DNA of 64,000 nucleotides from Parasitella parasitica NRRL 2501 (Eukaryota; Fungi; Mucoromycota). This document shows positions 63,241 through 64,000 of the stretch, piece by piece. How positions within the stretch are numbered: the stretch's first letter is position 1; each line of letters starts with the position of its first letter. The notes under the pieces are model-generated. The model was given only the letters and a program-made list of their open reading frames with translations, had not been told where the DNA came from and did no database searches. The position numbers and the translations under genes are program-made. The stretch is from contig MU619258.1 of the NCBI GenBank assembly GCA_025201805.1, positions 260,288 to 324,287 on the forward strand. Direction: 5' to 3'.

Positions 63241-64000
63241 ATGAATAAAAGGGTAATTCTTTGGCAGATTTATTTTATCAGACTTTTGACATAACAGAAT
63301 TAACGAGATACGAAAAACTTGAGATTACTTTATTAAAGATTCAACTTTGCATCTGCTATTTATACTTTTTACAGCAACATAAATTTTTGGTGACTTATTT
63401 AAGATACTAGTCGATACTAATCGATAAGAATAATTTGCAAGCAACATCATATCCTTAACAGGGTACTGATCTATCAGAAAAGTTCAAATAGAAATTAATC
63501 AGGTCAAGATCCGTTTATTACATTCAAAAATAGAGGGTTTATATACTTTCTATGAACTGAGGGAAGCGATGTGAGGATAAAGGTTTTAGTGATCAGTTCC
63601 GGGAGATAGGGTAGATTGTATCTATCCCAAATGTCATGTCATATTATCTTATGATCTGATGTTTTACTCTTGAGTATGAGTTTATATTATTGTTGTGCCA
63701 GGTCTTGAAATTGAGCACAGCAGGTGATTGTATATGATATAAAAATATAAGAATGTAATAAAGACTTCGTTTACCAGATACAAAACTATTGATTTATTGC
63801 TTGACAAGAAGCTGTCTATTTATATTGGAATAAATCTATCTAAATCAATCTATAAAATACAATCAGGTCATGTTTGACATTTAATTGTCAAACAAGATTA
63901 TAACACAGTAGTAGTCAGAGCAAGACCTATTTCTATATTTAATCAGCTAATCGTTATGAATGTGAATCATTCATCGATAAGTTGAGCTTCGCAATTTAGA

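Noticed and set aside
61450-64000. Short ORFs (62027..62227, 62593..62781) in the terminal AT-rich region
   Set aside because: Short, non-ATG starts and no recognisable motifs. Treated as intergenic or TE debris.

Overview
Eukaryotic, AT-rich, intron-dense fungal DNA. Short ~50-70 nt GT-AG introns, a class 1A DHODH and the transposon types point to Mucorales/Mucoromycotina. About 25 protein-coding genes are recognisable: a SWIM-finger protein, PNP, a cytochrome P450, an intronless class 1A dihydroorotate dehydrogenase, an orphan 7TM protein, a peroxisomal ACAD10/11-type phosphotransferase, gamma-SNAP, an FHA protein, a C2H2 factor, ITPase, DASH subunit Hsk3, RPAIN, a Ybp1/glomulin-like protein, an Mtf2-like protein, a pseudokinase, zuotin, a voltage-sensor-only protein, DPP4, RPS18, Nup170, VPS16, RAD16, VMA10, RPL3 and a PSP1-domain protein. 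The most notable accessory region is 24.7-27.2 kb, a nest of mobile elements. It holds a pseudogenised Fanzor (eukaryotic TnpB-like RNA-guided nuclease) fragment between inverted, internally repetitive termini, a MITE-like repeat with a second inverted copy at 45.6-46.2 kb, and a 5'-truncated LINE with a perfect 14-bp target-site duplication. A ~3.3-kb block (11.4-14.7 kb) splits the phosphotransferase gene at poly-A/N junctions and is probably an assembly mis-join. RAD16 and RPL3 need 3-19 nt micro-exons. Gene models were read by eye and family assignments come from motif recognition, not database searches.
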